The notes under the pieces: generated by a model
Told to the model about the DNA's origin: nothing
The model's input: only the letters and a program-made list of their open reading frames with translations
Databases searched by the model: none
In this document: positions 39,101-52,200 of the stretch, one piece after another
Position numbering within the stretch: position 1 is the stretch's first letter
How the letters are laid out: every line of letters begins with the position of its first letter
From: Lingula anatina
Lineage: Eukaryota > Animalia > Brachiopoda
DNA length: 64,000 nt
NCBI GenBank assembly: GCA_051362555.1
Contig: CM120642.1
Span: forward strand, 17,484,001-17,548,000
Reading direction: 5' to 3'
Made by a program: the position numbers and the translations under genes

Positions 39101-42100
39101 GTTCGAAGAACATTCATTTACGTTCACATTGCAAGTTAAACCGGAAAATCCCGATATGCAGGAACAAACGAACCCATTGTTTTTATCTGTGCAAACAGCA
39201 CCATTTTTACAAGGTTGGGAGGCACACTCGTCTATATTCTTTTCACATTGGACGCCGGTGAACCCAGCTGGACAGGTACATTGGAATCCATTGACTTCAT
39301 CGACACATCTGCCGCCATTTTTGCAAGGTTGGGAAGCACACTCGTCTATATTCGTTTCACATTGGACACCGGTGAACCCATGATCACAATGACATGCGTA
39401 TGAAGCCTCTAAGTCGCGGCAAGTGCCATGCTTACACGGGTTCGATGCACACTCGTTAATGTTTGTTTGGCAGTGTATCCCAGTGAATCCAAGGTTACAA
39501 AGACAAACATACTTATTAACACCGTCTAAGCATCTTCCTTTACCGCCGCATGGGTTCAGATCACAATCGTTAATGTTTATTTCACATTTTCTTCCAGTAA
39601 AGCCAGTTGGACAAGAACACTTGTATCCGTCCGCAGTGTTTTCACATTTACCACCATTTTGACATCGGGATCTATAGCACTCTGGGATGGATGGAAATTA
39701 ACCGTTAGGTATGCAACATTACAATATAGCATATCTGTTCTTGGTGAATTATGTAGGCGTCAGAATCCGTATTTACTTAAAAAGTAGCTAACTTGGATCT
39801 TGCTGTTTCCATGCCAAAAAATAAAGGAATGATATATGAATCTCCTCAATTGGAAATTTAATTTAAAACCCGTTCAAAAGCGTTAATGAGTAGAAAAAAC
39901 TTGGTTTGATATATGTATCCACAATAAATACTGTTAAAACGTTCACGAAGCCAAAATTATTGTGATTTAATTACAGCATTAGCAATCTTAACGAATCATT
40001 TTGATTGAAAGGACAATAGACCCACAAAAATCCATTTCTCGAATTTTGAATATTCAGCACTCAATCTATACACTAGAGGTATGTTTTAATCTATCCCCGC
40101 CATTAAAAAATTATAAAAAAAAATCTATTAGTAGAAAAAAAAAGCGTTTTAGTAAACCTCACCTCAATATGCATAAATGAAGCAACAGATCTGGGTCACG
40201 TGGTACTGTGACGACAATGAGGATATATACCCGCACGAAAATGCAGTAGTATCGAAGTAGCAAAGAAGCATTAACGCAGTAGTGGTGTGGAGCATATTTG
40301 CAGTAGAAATGCAGTATAGCCTACTGCCATTCTACTTCAAAAATTACATAGGGCTGTACAGAATAGGAGCATTAATGCAGTAGATTAGCAGCATGATAGA
40401 AGCAAATATGCTAATTAGTTCCCCAGTCGCAGCAGATTTGAAGCATGTTTGCAGTATGATTGCAGTAGTCTACTGCGCTGGAGTATCTACTTCGTTTTCG
40501 TGCGGGATAAAGGTCTATGAGACTTAACTGAGCTGCATGGTGCATACAGACAATAGTTTAAGAAAGTTGTGTTGAACGGAGTTGAGCAATTTTCCTTATG
40601 TCTCAGTGTGTTGTCGTGGGATTCACCAAAATTGCAGCACTCCTTGACAATCTTTCTTTGTCTGTGACGGTCTTCCGTGACTTATTACATGTAACTTCGG
40701 TGACAATAGTTGCGATGCTCGCGATCTCGGTCACCTCAGGTGTTTTAGATCATATCAAAAGCTGATAGTCTTTTAGATTAACTGTCATCAGTTGGCAAGC
40801 TTACTAATTGCTGATGCATTTTAAATGCATTGTAGTTGACCAAGAGCTCGTTAACAATAAAACCTGTTAATTATGCACCGCTGCAATTCCCAAGCCAGGT
40901 AATAACAGGTATCAAACTCGTCTTGGTGGGCTTTCATATTTTTCAATATATCTCATTTATTTCATGGGGTTATTTTATTGGTATTTGTAAATGACGTTAA
41001 ATATCAATATTTAAACAATTAAGATCAAACAAGGTCGCGAACATTAATAACAGGAATTGCTCTCAGGGTATCTTGAAGCATGCGTATGCCCAGGCATTAC
41101 TTCCTTGGAAGAAAACGTCTTGAGGAAAAACAGGAAAAAGAGTAAAGATTGAAAGATAATTTTAGACAAATAGACAAACTTTGACGGGGAAATATGGATC
41201 CACAAAGAGTAAAGGGCTATTGCGCCAACATCTTGTTGAAATTTTTACACTGCAATTCTATTTAAATAAGCTAAGGAACTAATTGCCAAATTTAGACTTT
41301 CATCACATAACAGGGGCGTAACCAGACCTGCAAAAGTTGTACGCACAGATTAAAAAAATTACAAGCACGTACAGCAAAATGTAGACTAACGCAAAACATG
41401 ATGGACAGCGTAATCACAGCAAATGTACCTCATATAGTAGCTTAATTTCCATTAATAATAAAATCATCATTTAAGTCAAAAATATTCTCGCGATTTAATA
41501 AATATTCTAATTTACCCAGAACGGTATTTTTATTTAAAGGGAGGCTAACTCAAATATAGTTTTATTATTTGTTTGTGAAAATTGCTAATGTCACCCTGTT
41601 AGGTCTAAGCTGGATCAAGTCCATGTTAAAATTCCTATGAAGCTGTGCAGGAAAAATTCTTCCTTTGTTTCTCTAGCTCCTCGATAAACCTGGTGTTCAG
41701 ATTTTATCTAGTACCTCCAGGTCTGCGGGAGCTGCTCTTTGAAACTAACGCACAGGTGGATTTTTACCTGAGATAAATATCGCCAGATAGATACTCGCTA
41801 CAGGAGAATTGAATGCCATTTAACCCTCTAATTAAGAGGTAAAGGAAGTTCCAGTTAGATGGATGATTAAGATAGGACTTGTAAAGGTAACGGGCATTGT
41901 TTACCTCAGTTTAATAAAAACATGCAAGACGGAGTGTCAGCGGTTTAATAAAATTAATGGAATTTCATGGAACATGGACCTCATATACAATAATCAACAG
42001 TACCCTTAACTCATTCAAATGCAGCGTTTTATACAACTTGGGATAACCATAATTAATGCTTGTTGACTAGACGAGAAATGGTTTTACATAGATTCACGAG

Positions 42101-45100
42101 GATTTAGACCCCTCGGGTAAGAGATGTGAATGCGTATAAAATTTTATCAGAAGCCAGAAAAGTCATCTTCCAGGTAGACAATGCAGCTCAGTTTGATAGC
42201 TAAGCACGCTCTTTTCTCCGGTGGCACGATTGTCGTCATCGGACCACGTGGCCATGTAGCTCATTAACTCCCAGGCGGAGCAAATAGGACGTTTTTTAAA
42301 GCCAATTTTTTTTAAAGTGAGCTTTTAAACTGTGTATTTGGATAAAGATATCGTTAGTTGGGCATGTTTTCTGAAGAATATGTTCCGTTCAGGCCATTCT
42401 GACGGTATGGCGCAAATCCTTTAATAATAACTGCGTTAGCAATCTTAATGCTTTATTGCAATGACGAATGCTTCATTGCCAACGAATATATCAACGTAAC
42501 AATTACAGACTTTAAACAAAAGCAACGCAATTACCGTTAGGAACACACGTCGGTGCCGACCCAGTCCATTTAGTTGAGGATCCTTGAACTTCACATTTTC
42601 GGACCAGATCCCCAGCAATATGCTCGTGGAACAAGTTACATTTGTAGATAATGCTTTCTCCCTCGTTGTTTCGGGCCTGTTGGGTCATAGTGTTAGATGG
42701 ACTTGAAGGCATCGTGCATTCTGGGAAGTGGACAATTAAATGCACTCTTAAATCATGGTAATGATATAATTTCTCCTTTTTATATATATACTTTTTATTA
42801 ATTTTTGAACGTCGCTAAGATTAGAAATTGTCACCTTTAATTATTTGTGGTCTTTTGTTTTACACAATACCGTACACTATACCTACGTCTCTTTTCACAG
42901 TTGTTGCCACCGAAGCCAGTAGGACATTCACACGTATAACCACTGTTTTCTGTGGAACCCGAATTCCCCTTCAGTTGTAAGAAAGCGGCAATCAGCCCCG
43001 GAATCAAGCTGTCTTTACTTCGTCTTCTTCTTTTATTATCAGTCTCCTTGCATTTTCCGCCGTTTTTGCAGGGGTATGTAGAACATACTGTTGCTGTAGA
43101 TGTTGGTCTTGATGTTGATGTACTTCCTGTAAAAAAGACAGAAACATTAAATTGATCCAAGGTAGGGCGTGCTTACAAATCAACCGTGAAACATATCACA
43201 CCGCGCAACAACGGTTTTGGCCCCAAAGGGATAGTCAGGCCTACCGGGTTTAAGATGATATTAATAATGCGCACTATGCCCAGCGGTGTGGACGAAAAAT
43301 CACCATAATAATACGCTTGATGAGATATTATGGTGTTAAATTAAGTCACCATAGCTTAACTGTAAATACACCTTAACATTGGTACAGGTAGGTATAAAAT
43401 TTGATCATGTACCGTGCAATTAAATGAAAGTTAATTAAAAATCTCCTTGGGATCGAAATGTACACGTACGCACACTTGTACAACAACTGAGAAAGACTCG
43501 AGACTTTGAAACTTCAGTTATTTCACATCGAACGTAGAACTTATTTTTACAAAAGATCGTGATGTTATACCCCCGTCACACTTAATTGGAATCAGCAGGA
43601 ATCAAGAAGAATGAGGCTGAATGAAGAATTTTAAAAATTCGCACCACATTCTGGAAAAAAGGTTTAATTGACCTTAATTATTGTAAGAGTACCGTTGGAA
43701 TACTCAGAATGCGCTTGAATTCGCCTGGAATGATAAATGCACTTTCGGCTGTTTTAGCTCTCAAATGCAGTTCGAATGTAGTTGGAAAACTAGGAATATC
43801 TACAGGCTGTATAATGCTGTCAGAAGGCAGTAAGAATATTTGGAATATACTTTGAATGGCGTACTAGTGTAGTTCGATTGCTGGCAAAATTAATATTTCA
43901 CCTCATCCGAGGCACATATGAAACATTCTGGCGGGATTTTATACCCCCGTCACACTAGAGGCGAAATGATTAAGAATGGCGTCGAAAATACAATTCTTTG
44001 TGCATTCTAGGTTATTCGAAGAGCATTCTAAAAATTCTGAGTGCATTCCAAATATTTTTACCCATTCTTGTGTCCGGCTCGAATGTTTTTGTCATGTCAA
44101 AAACTTTCGAAGTGCATTCCAAGTGGAAAGATATCGAATGGCATTTAAACACTATTCTAACTGCACTATGACAGCATTCGAAACATTATGATCAGTTACC
44201 ATTCCAGTGGTGTTATTTATACACTCTGGGCATCGTGTTACATTCTAAACATGTTAGAAAGTAATTTTAATTAAGTATTTTAGGTATTTCAGCTGCATTA
44301 TGTTTGAATTCTTTATATTTCAAACGATCATTGGCAGCCATACCGGGAGCAGTTGACTGCATTTGAGTTCGCTTCATATATCATTCGAGGTACCTTCTTA
44401 CATACTTCAGCCTGTATTTGGCCAGCAGTCAAACCACACTCGTACTGCATTTGAATTTCATTCGGAATATTCTGACTGCAATTTGAAATTCCCTCCCGAT
44501 TATGGAACGAATTTTTCAATTAATCCATTCTGGCTGGTTCTGCTTGATTCCTGCTGGTTCCGAATAATTGTGACGGGGGCCTTAAGTCACGTGCCAGTTC
44601 GAATATCCCTCGAATGTGATCAGAAGGTTTCGAATGTTGCCTGAATGCCGTGAGAATATTTAAAATGCAGTCATAGTGTAGTTAGAATACTATTCAAATG
44701 CAATTAAATAATTGTCCACTTGGAATGTACTATGAAAGTTTTTAACATTCAGGCCGACCACAAGAATGGGCAAAACTATTTGAAATGCACTCGGAATTTT
44801 TAGAACGCTCTTTGAATATCCAGGAATGCACAAAGAATTGTCTTTCCGACGGCATTCTTGTTCATTCTGCCTCTAGTGTGACGGGGGTATTAGATAGATA
44901 GATGGGTAATTGAAGAAATCACCCTCTGCTTCGTTTCCCCTTGTGCGTCCCCCTTAGCCCAACAACACAGATTCCAAGTAAGTGTACTCACCACATCATC
45001 TCCCGAGGTTTTAATGTCTTGGTACTGAGTGACACATTTTAATGATATATAGACAAAACAGAACAGATCCTAAACACAATTCAGAAAAGATATTTACCTG

Positions 45101-47627
45101 CCCGCTTCTCGCAAACAAACCGACGTGAATCCCCACAGTCATCGTCTTGTATTTTTGAAGTGTCGTTTGTTTTTATATACCCACATGTGCTTCTTCTTGC
45201 TGAAATCACATGAGGGCATTTATCTCAGTATGGGGACACTTTGACAACGTTCAAAATGTTCTAAATAAGTAATAAAAATAATTGTGCGGCCCAATGCTCA
45301 CAAACTCACTGATGCTCTGTTTTTGCTCAAGAGGAGATGGAAAATTAATCCCAAATGAGAAGAAAGATGCCATTTATTTATCTTTTCAAACCAACATTGA
45401 CCTGACGGTGAATTTACGTGTGAGTGGGAAACAAATATATCATAAATGTAATGGAATACTCACTAGTCTTACACTTCTCCTCAGAAATGGTCAGATATCT
45501 GTAGTAAGTCCCTGTCACAGAACTGAAAATCAAAGACAAAGACCAAGCCTTCAGTTGAAGATCATACATACGCTTAAAGAAATATCCAGTTCTAATATAT
45601 ATACTGTATTCAATACACGTAGGTCAGTGTCAAAAATTGCGCTATCTTCCATCGTTGGTGCGCTCTGTATACGTAAGTGTACTTTAGGACGTAGAAATCG
45701 GTTAACCTTTTCCGAGATATGGCTCAGAATTTTTTAGTTTATTATCTTCCCTGTGGTCTTTGTTCGTAATTCAATTTCCAGGATATTTCTGCTGGTATTG
45801 AGGATTGGGGGGGGGGGGGGGGTCGTTGGTATAAAATATAAGGCGAGGTCAGCGGTACTTTCTTCTTTAAGGTTCATGGTTGGGGGTTGCTTGTATTTGA
45901 CTTTTTGCAATGTTTTTATCCATTAATTTATTTTGTGGACGGGTGGAGAAAAGGTTTACTTTTCTTACTAAGTAAGATACCACCGGACCTAAGTGGGAGA
46001 ATGCACGTGACTCACTGTGCCCCTCAATGGATCCGTCATAAAATATACATACTCTATTTTTATTTATTTTGACTGCAAATAAAAAAGTGCAAAAAAGATA
46101 CAACCACGTGATATAACATATACCCTGTAGGACAATATAACCCTCGATTAAACCGTCGCTAAACAAAGTACATGTATATACTCTATACACTACCTTGATA
46201 CAGTGGATGAGTCCCCTATGCCTGTAACGAATATTTGCTGTTAGATGTATACACTTTCCCATTTTCGGGGAAAATTCTCTCTCTCTCTCTTTATATATAG
46301 GCAGCTTAATTATGCATATTTACCTGGGTTTACAGGAAAATGACGATCTTCTGACCGTGAAGCCAACCCACGCTTCTCCCGCGGTCTTTATCATATCAAA
46401 CAAAAAATTCTTCTCGTCCCTAGTGTGAACCACGGCGAGGGTCCCCTTCATCCCCTGACAGGCTCTCTGTGCGGCTGCCCATGTCTGTTTGGTGCAAGAT
46501 AATCTAAACTGCGTGTTAGAATTACCTCTTGGATACCCAACCCACTCAGAACATGAAACTGACAAAAGAAAAAGAAATAGATTCTGCTTTAACCATATGT
46601 TAGATTGGTTGCCTTTTTTGTATCTCCAATCTGCCTCACATAGAATGAATTTGTACACCGATATAAATAATTGAGATTGTATACGATATCACGTTCATTT
46701 TGTTATTTCTGTTTTCATTTTGGTATTTTCTTTTTACATGAAAAGTCATGTTAGGAAAAACAATCCAAACATTTCATAAATAAAAGTGTGTGTGTGTGTT
46801 TTTTAACTTACATGTATGAAGCCAATAAATTGCTGTTAATGTCCTGAATGCATGCCGGTTATTACATTTCCCCCAAATCCAAGCTGTCTCTTTAAATCCG
46901 GTAAACACGAGATAGCTTTAGGCTGTATTCCCAGAGCTTTTAGATCGATCTATCCCCGCGGGGAGTCTCACTAGATTACTGTCAGATAATCCGGCTTAAA
47001 TGTCCCTCCCGCCTACTACAAGCTGTAAGGGGGTAATTAACTTTCGTGTCCGCTCGGCTGACAGCTATTTAGCGTGAACCCCCAGGGAGTTAGGTCGATC
47101 TAAAGTAGATCGATCTAATCTCTGGAAATGGGGTCTTAGAAAACACTACCCCGCTGTCTATGGTAAATATACTGCCTAAAAGCCCTCTTAAAGTGTGTTT
47201 AGAAGGAAAATGTCACACGTATGTACACGTGAAATACAAGCTATTGCGTAATAAAAGCATCAAAACAGTATGAGTTATTTAAGACCATTAAATGCTATTA
47301 TTTTATGATGTTATGATATTTTTTGTGATTTCTAAGGGTGAGCAGCACTAATTGTATATTTCTACGATTTATTCCATAATACTGCGTGACAGTTGACCAC
47401 GAGTTTGCGCCCTGTCGAACTGATAACTTGTAAATTTGCGACTGTCGACAGTGGATATCTAGCTTGGTTCTTGCCGAAATGGTAAGTGGTAAGAGGCAAT
47501 TGTATTACGAATGTTCCCATAGAAAAATTACGATACCTTGAGAAGATCCGCCATTATTATTATCCCACTTAGCAAGAGCAATCGGACAGAAAACTGTCAA
47601 AAACCAAAGCTGTAAAAGTATCTTCAT
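36155..47627 (-). CDS. Gene D: paralog of C, signal peptide-CTLD-furin-loop EGF-CCP-25xEGF-miniEGF; VWC exons absent (may continue into 34993-34374)
   Basis: Exons 47627-47537, 46558-46324, 45522-45464, 45199-45098, 43126-42887, 42720-42535, 39681-36793, 36250-36155. All GT-AG and in frame, with one-to-one homology to gene C exons. Confidence 0.83.
36793..39681 (-). CDS. Gene D 2889-bp exon encoding 25 EGF repeats
   Basis: ORF 36770-39127 extends to acceptor TCCCAG at 39682. Donor C|GTGGGT at 36792. Confidence 0.9.
40230..40506. mobile_element. MITE with internal GCAGTAG-type repeats
   Basis: TIR CCCGCACGAAAA.G.AGTAG ... CTACTTCGTTTTCGTGCGGG. Confidence 0.7.
43568..44889. mobile_element. 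MITE (TTA TSD) containing an inverted copy of its own family at 43942-44581
   Basis: Outer: TTA|TACCCCCGTCACAC ... GTGTGACGGGGGTA|TTA. Inner: TTA|TACCCCCGTCACAC ... TGTGACGGGGGCC|TTA. Absent from the gene C intron. Confidence 0.85.
46921..47135. mobile_element. Tourist/Harbinger-type MITE, TTA TSD, in intron 1 of gene D
   Basis: The empty site AGCTTTAGATAACAC is seen near 23517 in gene C. TTA is duplicated here. Confidence 0.8.
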
Positions 47628-49292
47628 CCTTGATGTCTTTTGTTCCCTTGGTGCATCGGGCAAGTGGGTTATCTCTCTAGGTGTCTTCAAAATCTAACAT
47701 GTGTTTCCATTTAGCGAAAAATGACTGTACCTGGCTTTGACTTTATTTGATATCGGCCAACAAACATTTAATCCCTTTTTTCTAATTAACATAAAGTTTG
47801 ACCAAAATTAGTATGTAAGATGGAGTGCTTTTGTCTAATACCTGGCAATGGTGTTTTTTATTCTGAGGCAAACCAGGATCGCACTAAGAACAGCCTACTT
47901 TGCATGTTTGTGTGGGGAACTCGGTGAAGGTCAGAGCGTGTGCACGATAAGGGTGTAGGTGTCACTGTGGCATCATCCATCTATCATGAAAAGAAGGCAA
48001 GTTGCCATTGCTCAAGATTACGACTGTCTTTGATAACTGTTTAATGGTACGCGGCGACTAAGTGGGGCAGAATACCTTACGGTTTATTAAAATAAAATTG
48101 GATCGCAATTCGATATTTCCCCTGATTCTCATTGTCAACTAAACACTTCCTTTGTTAGCCTATTTATCCGTGATCTTTATTATATATATATACTTGTACC
48201 CCAAAACAAGGGAACAAATTAATATCGGCAACACCGTTGTTCTCTGCTTGATTTTGCCAATGTTTGGCCTAACAAGAAGCAAAGAAGGGAAACACCAAGA
48301 TGCTTATGTCGAAATTCCTTTGTTTTCAAATTTCAATAGACGGTTAAATTCAGTTAGGTTTCTGTAACGAACATCTCTCGCTGCATGCTGATCACCCTGT
48401 GAATCTTACTGACATCGGCGCTTACTGAACGACTGGCCAGTTAATAAGTAATAAATAACTCAAAAAAATCACAATTAATTGTCACTCAGAGGATAGCACC
48501 AAGTGTATGGCACCGTTTACCATGACACAAGAACTAAATCTTATAATCATATGGCTGTTAAGTCTAGCAATTTTCTCTGTGTAAATTTCACCAGTGACTG
48601 ATGGATCAAAACAAACGAAAGAGATTCAATATTTGAAAAATGTTATGACCAGGTGCTGGAAAAACACACGTGTAAAACCTTAATATTAATTTCAAATCAT
48701 CCACAAACTATAGGATAACAATGTGTTTGTTTGTGATTATGTCAGGGGTTTTACAATTTGTCTCATTTAACGTTCACTTACGGTTCTCAGTCTATTCTAG
48801 AACATTTGGTGTGTGTTTTTTATAGTTCTAATGTTGTTCTTTAATGAATGTAACAGTTCTAGAACTATTTTTGGGAAGTCCTTCAGAATGTCCTAGGACA
48901 GATTAAGAACATTTTTCACTAAAAGGGAAATTATTATGTTCTACATGTGTAGGACAGATAGAGAACCGTACGTGAACGTTAAATGAGACAAATTGAAGGG
49001 GACATACCCCTGTACACCCACCGCCTTTAGGGTGATAAAAAAGGTAAACATAGCCTCCCAGGATTATCATATGACAGCTGTGGTAAATGATCATTTAAGG
49101 CGGCTGCTGTATAATAGGGGCTTTCCGGGTTCTCGCCGTGGAGGCCAAATTTCCCCGTGATTTTACGAGATCTGTCTTGAGGTGGGGTTAAAGTGTGGCG
49201 ACCACGAGGAAGAAGAGCAGCGATTTCTTCACTTGGAAAATAGCTGAACCTACGAAATTTTTGAGCTACAGGCTTGTTCTTTTTTCACTTTA

Positions 49293-52200
49293 TGTAACAG
49301 CTCTCAATATACTTTATTTACGAACCCGAGTGTACTCTGTGTGTGAACATGGCAGAAACAAGAAACGAATGTCTTTTAATAATTTACAAATAAATAAAAT
49401 GAACTTAATGCAGAACTGAACAAACTTAGAAAAAATTAAATGAATAACATTAATGAACTAAAGATACTTACTAAATTTCTAAACTAAATAAGGATGAAAA
49501 TAAATGATAAGCACTTAAATGATCAAACTAAACTAAGAGAAATACAAAATCTAAACACAAAGAAAATGAAAAGTAAACCAATCAAGTCTATCATACCTGT
49601 GTGTGAACATGGCAGAAACAAGAAACGAATGTGCCGCGTAACAAAGAGGGGCGTATTTTATATAGAAACGAAGACACACGGACACAAACGAAAAGGCACG
49701 AACACACTTCTCTACACTAACACAACCACAATCATACATCATACATACACATATTACATTCTCCCCCGCCAACAACAAATGGTTTCCATACCATTTACAA
49801 AACGACAAGGGAACAACAATTTTTTTTCCATTTTATTAGTTTTTTCTGTACAATATTTACAAAAAATAAAATAAATACTCTATATGCTATTTAAAACACC
49901 CAGTTGCTATCATTATACCAAACTGGTTTTCTTCTACTTCTCTTTGGACGATCTGATGAGTCGATTTTTTTCCTCTGTTCCTCACATAACTCTCCTTCCT
50001 CTAATGGCAGTGCGTAAATTGGCAAGAGCATATTACGATGAACCGTTTTGGTTTTCCCAACACCGTCTTCTCTCTTTATTGTAAAAACCGGAATGTCTTT
50101 ATTCGGTTGTGATGAGACAATATACACCTCTTTCTGCCAACGGTCAGCGAGTTTGTGCTTCCCAGTAAAAGCTACATTACGCAAAAGAACACGATCTCCA
50201 GTCGCCACTACACTTCCTCTCGATTCATTATCGAAATGTTTCTTCTGCTTTCTCTGTGCTTTTTCAATATGCTCAGCTGCTAATCGATATGAATCGCTCA
50301 ACCTCTGTTTCAAATCATCGACATACTGACAGTGGGAGGAATTTTGGACATTTTCTGGAAAAGAATCTAGAAGCAAATCAACTGGCAGTCTAGGATGTCG
50401 GCCGAACATCAGGTAATAAGGAGAAAAATTGCTTGAAGTATTACGGGTACAATTGTAGGCGTGCACAAGCGAGCCAATATGTTTCTTCCAACTTTTCTTT
50501 TGAGTTGGATCTAGCGTTCCCAACATATCTAACAGTGTTCTATTCATTCTTTCACATTGGCCGTTTCCCATTGGGTGGTATGGTGTTGTTCTGGATTTTT
50601 TTATTCCCGCCAATTGACACAGCTCATTTATTATCTTTCCTTCAAAATTTCGGCCTTGGTCAGTATGAATACGACTGGGAAAGCCATAATGCACCACAAA
50701 ATTGTCAAAGAAGATTCTGGCAGTAGTCTTTGCCGTTTGATTGGACGTGGGATACGCTTGCGCGTACCTCGTGAAATGATCGGTAATAACTAGTATATTC
50801 CCAACTCCACCCTTCCCATCCTCTATTGAAAGATAGTCCATACAGACCAATTCTAAGGGAGCAGAGGAAGAAATTGAACATAATTCTGCACGAGCAGTGG
50901 GCAACGTTTTACGTTTTATGCATCTAGGGCAACCACTAATGTGTTGAGACATTTGCTTTGTCATTCCGGGTCAATAAAAACGCTGTTGAAGGAGATTTAC
51001 AGCTCTGTCTCTTCCAAGATGACCTATTTCGTCATGACAACCATGCAAAGCATCTTTTCTAAAGGCTTCTGGTAGAACTAACTGCTTAGTTACTGACCCA
51101 TCATTAGATAGTCTTGTACAATACAGGACATCATCATATAGCACCATTCTCTCTAACTTTCTTTCAAAAGTCTTACTTTCTACATCTTTTTCTCTCATTC
51201 TTTTCTTCACACCTTTCAAAATATCCCGTACATTTTTTACAACAGGGTCTGCTTCTTGCAATTGTATCCAATCTTTTTTCTGATTCATTTGAACAGAAGC
51301 AGACAGTACCTTTGGAATGACATTTTCTGTACAAGGAAAAACAGCAATTAATGGCTCTTGGATCTGAAAACTATGAAAAATAGCTTGGCAACTATCAACT
51401 GTGATCTCTTGTGGCCATCTAATTCGAGAAAGAGTATCTGCTTCCACATTTGACTTGCCTGAGACATAAAAAATGTTAAAATTGTAGTTAGACAGTTCTG
51501 CCACCCAACGTTAACCTGTGGAATCCAATTTTGCAGACGTTAGCACATATGTCAATGGGTTGTTATCTGTTCTAACTGTAAAAGAATTTCCATACAGGTA
51601 ATCAGAAAATTTTTCTGTGACGGCCCATTTTAACGCTAAAAATTCCAATTTATGAATGGAATAATTCTTTTCACTTTGTCTCAAACCTCTACTTGCGTAT
51701 GCAATTACCCTGTTTTGACCTTCCTGAAAATATAAACAATACAAACTCTTAAAATAATGTATGCAATTATATACAATAAACACACACAATTTAATTATTC
51801 TATCTTCTAACTACTGCTTGAATATAATATCACTTCTTAATGTCACTGTTTAATGTCACTTTTTTTTTCCGTGACCACAACGACAATACCTTCACCAAGT
51901 TTAATGATATGTGACTACAACAACAAAATGTCACAAACTTTAATTAAAATTCTAAATGAAAGGAACAATAAAAAGCAGTTAATTAATCCCACAGCATTCT
52001 AACAGCAATGTCAAACTAATATCACAACGCCTTAATAATTGGACATGTGTGTTGACACGCATACACAGATTCAATGTTACTGACAAAGTTTACTACCAAT
52101 TTTAATACTACTGCTGGTGACAAAATGATAATATCAAAACTCAAATGTCTCTGTACTAATATCACTACAGCAGTATGAATGAATATATGACAATGCAATA

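Noticed and set aside
41210-42424. Possible TTAA-type element (TAAAGG..TTGCGCCA ends)
   Set aside because: The terminal match is too degenerate and the TSD is not intact.
49494-49874. Lys/Asn-rich ORFs at 49494 and 53299
   Set aside because: They lie within the A-rich LTRs and have no coding signature.
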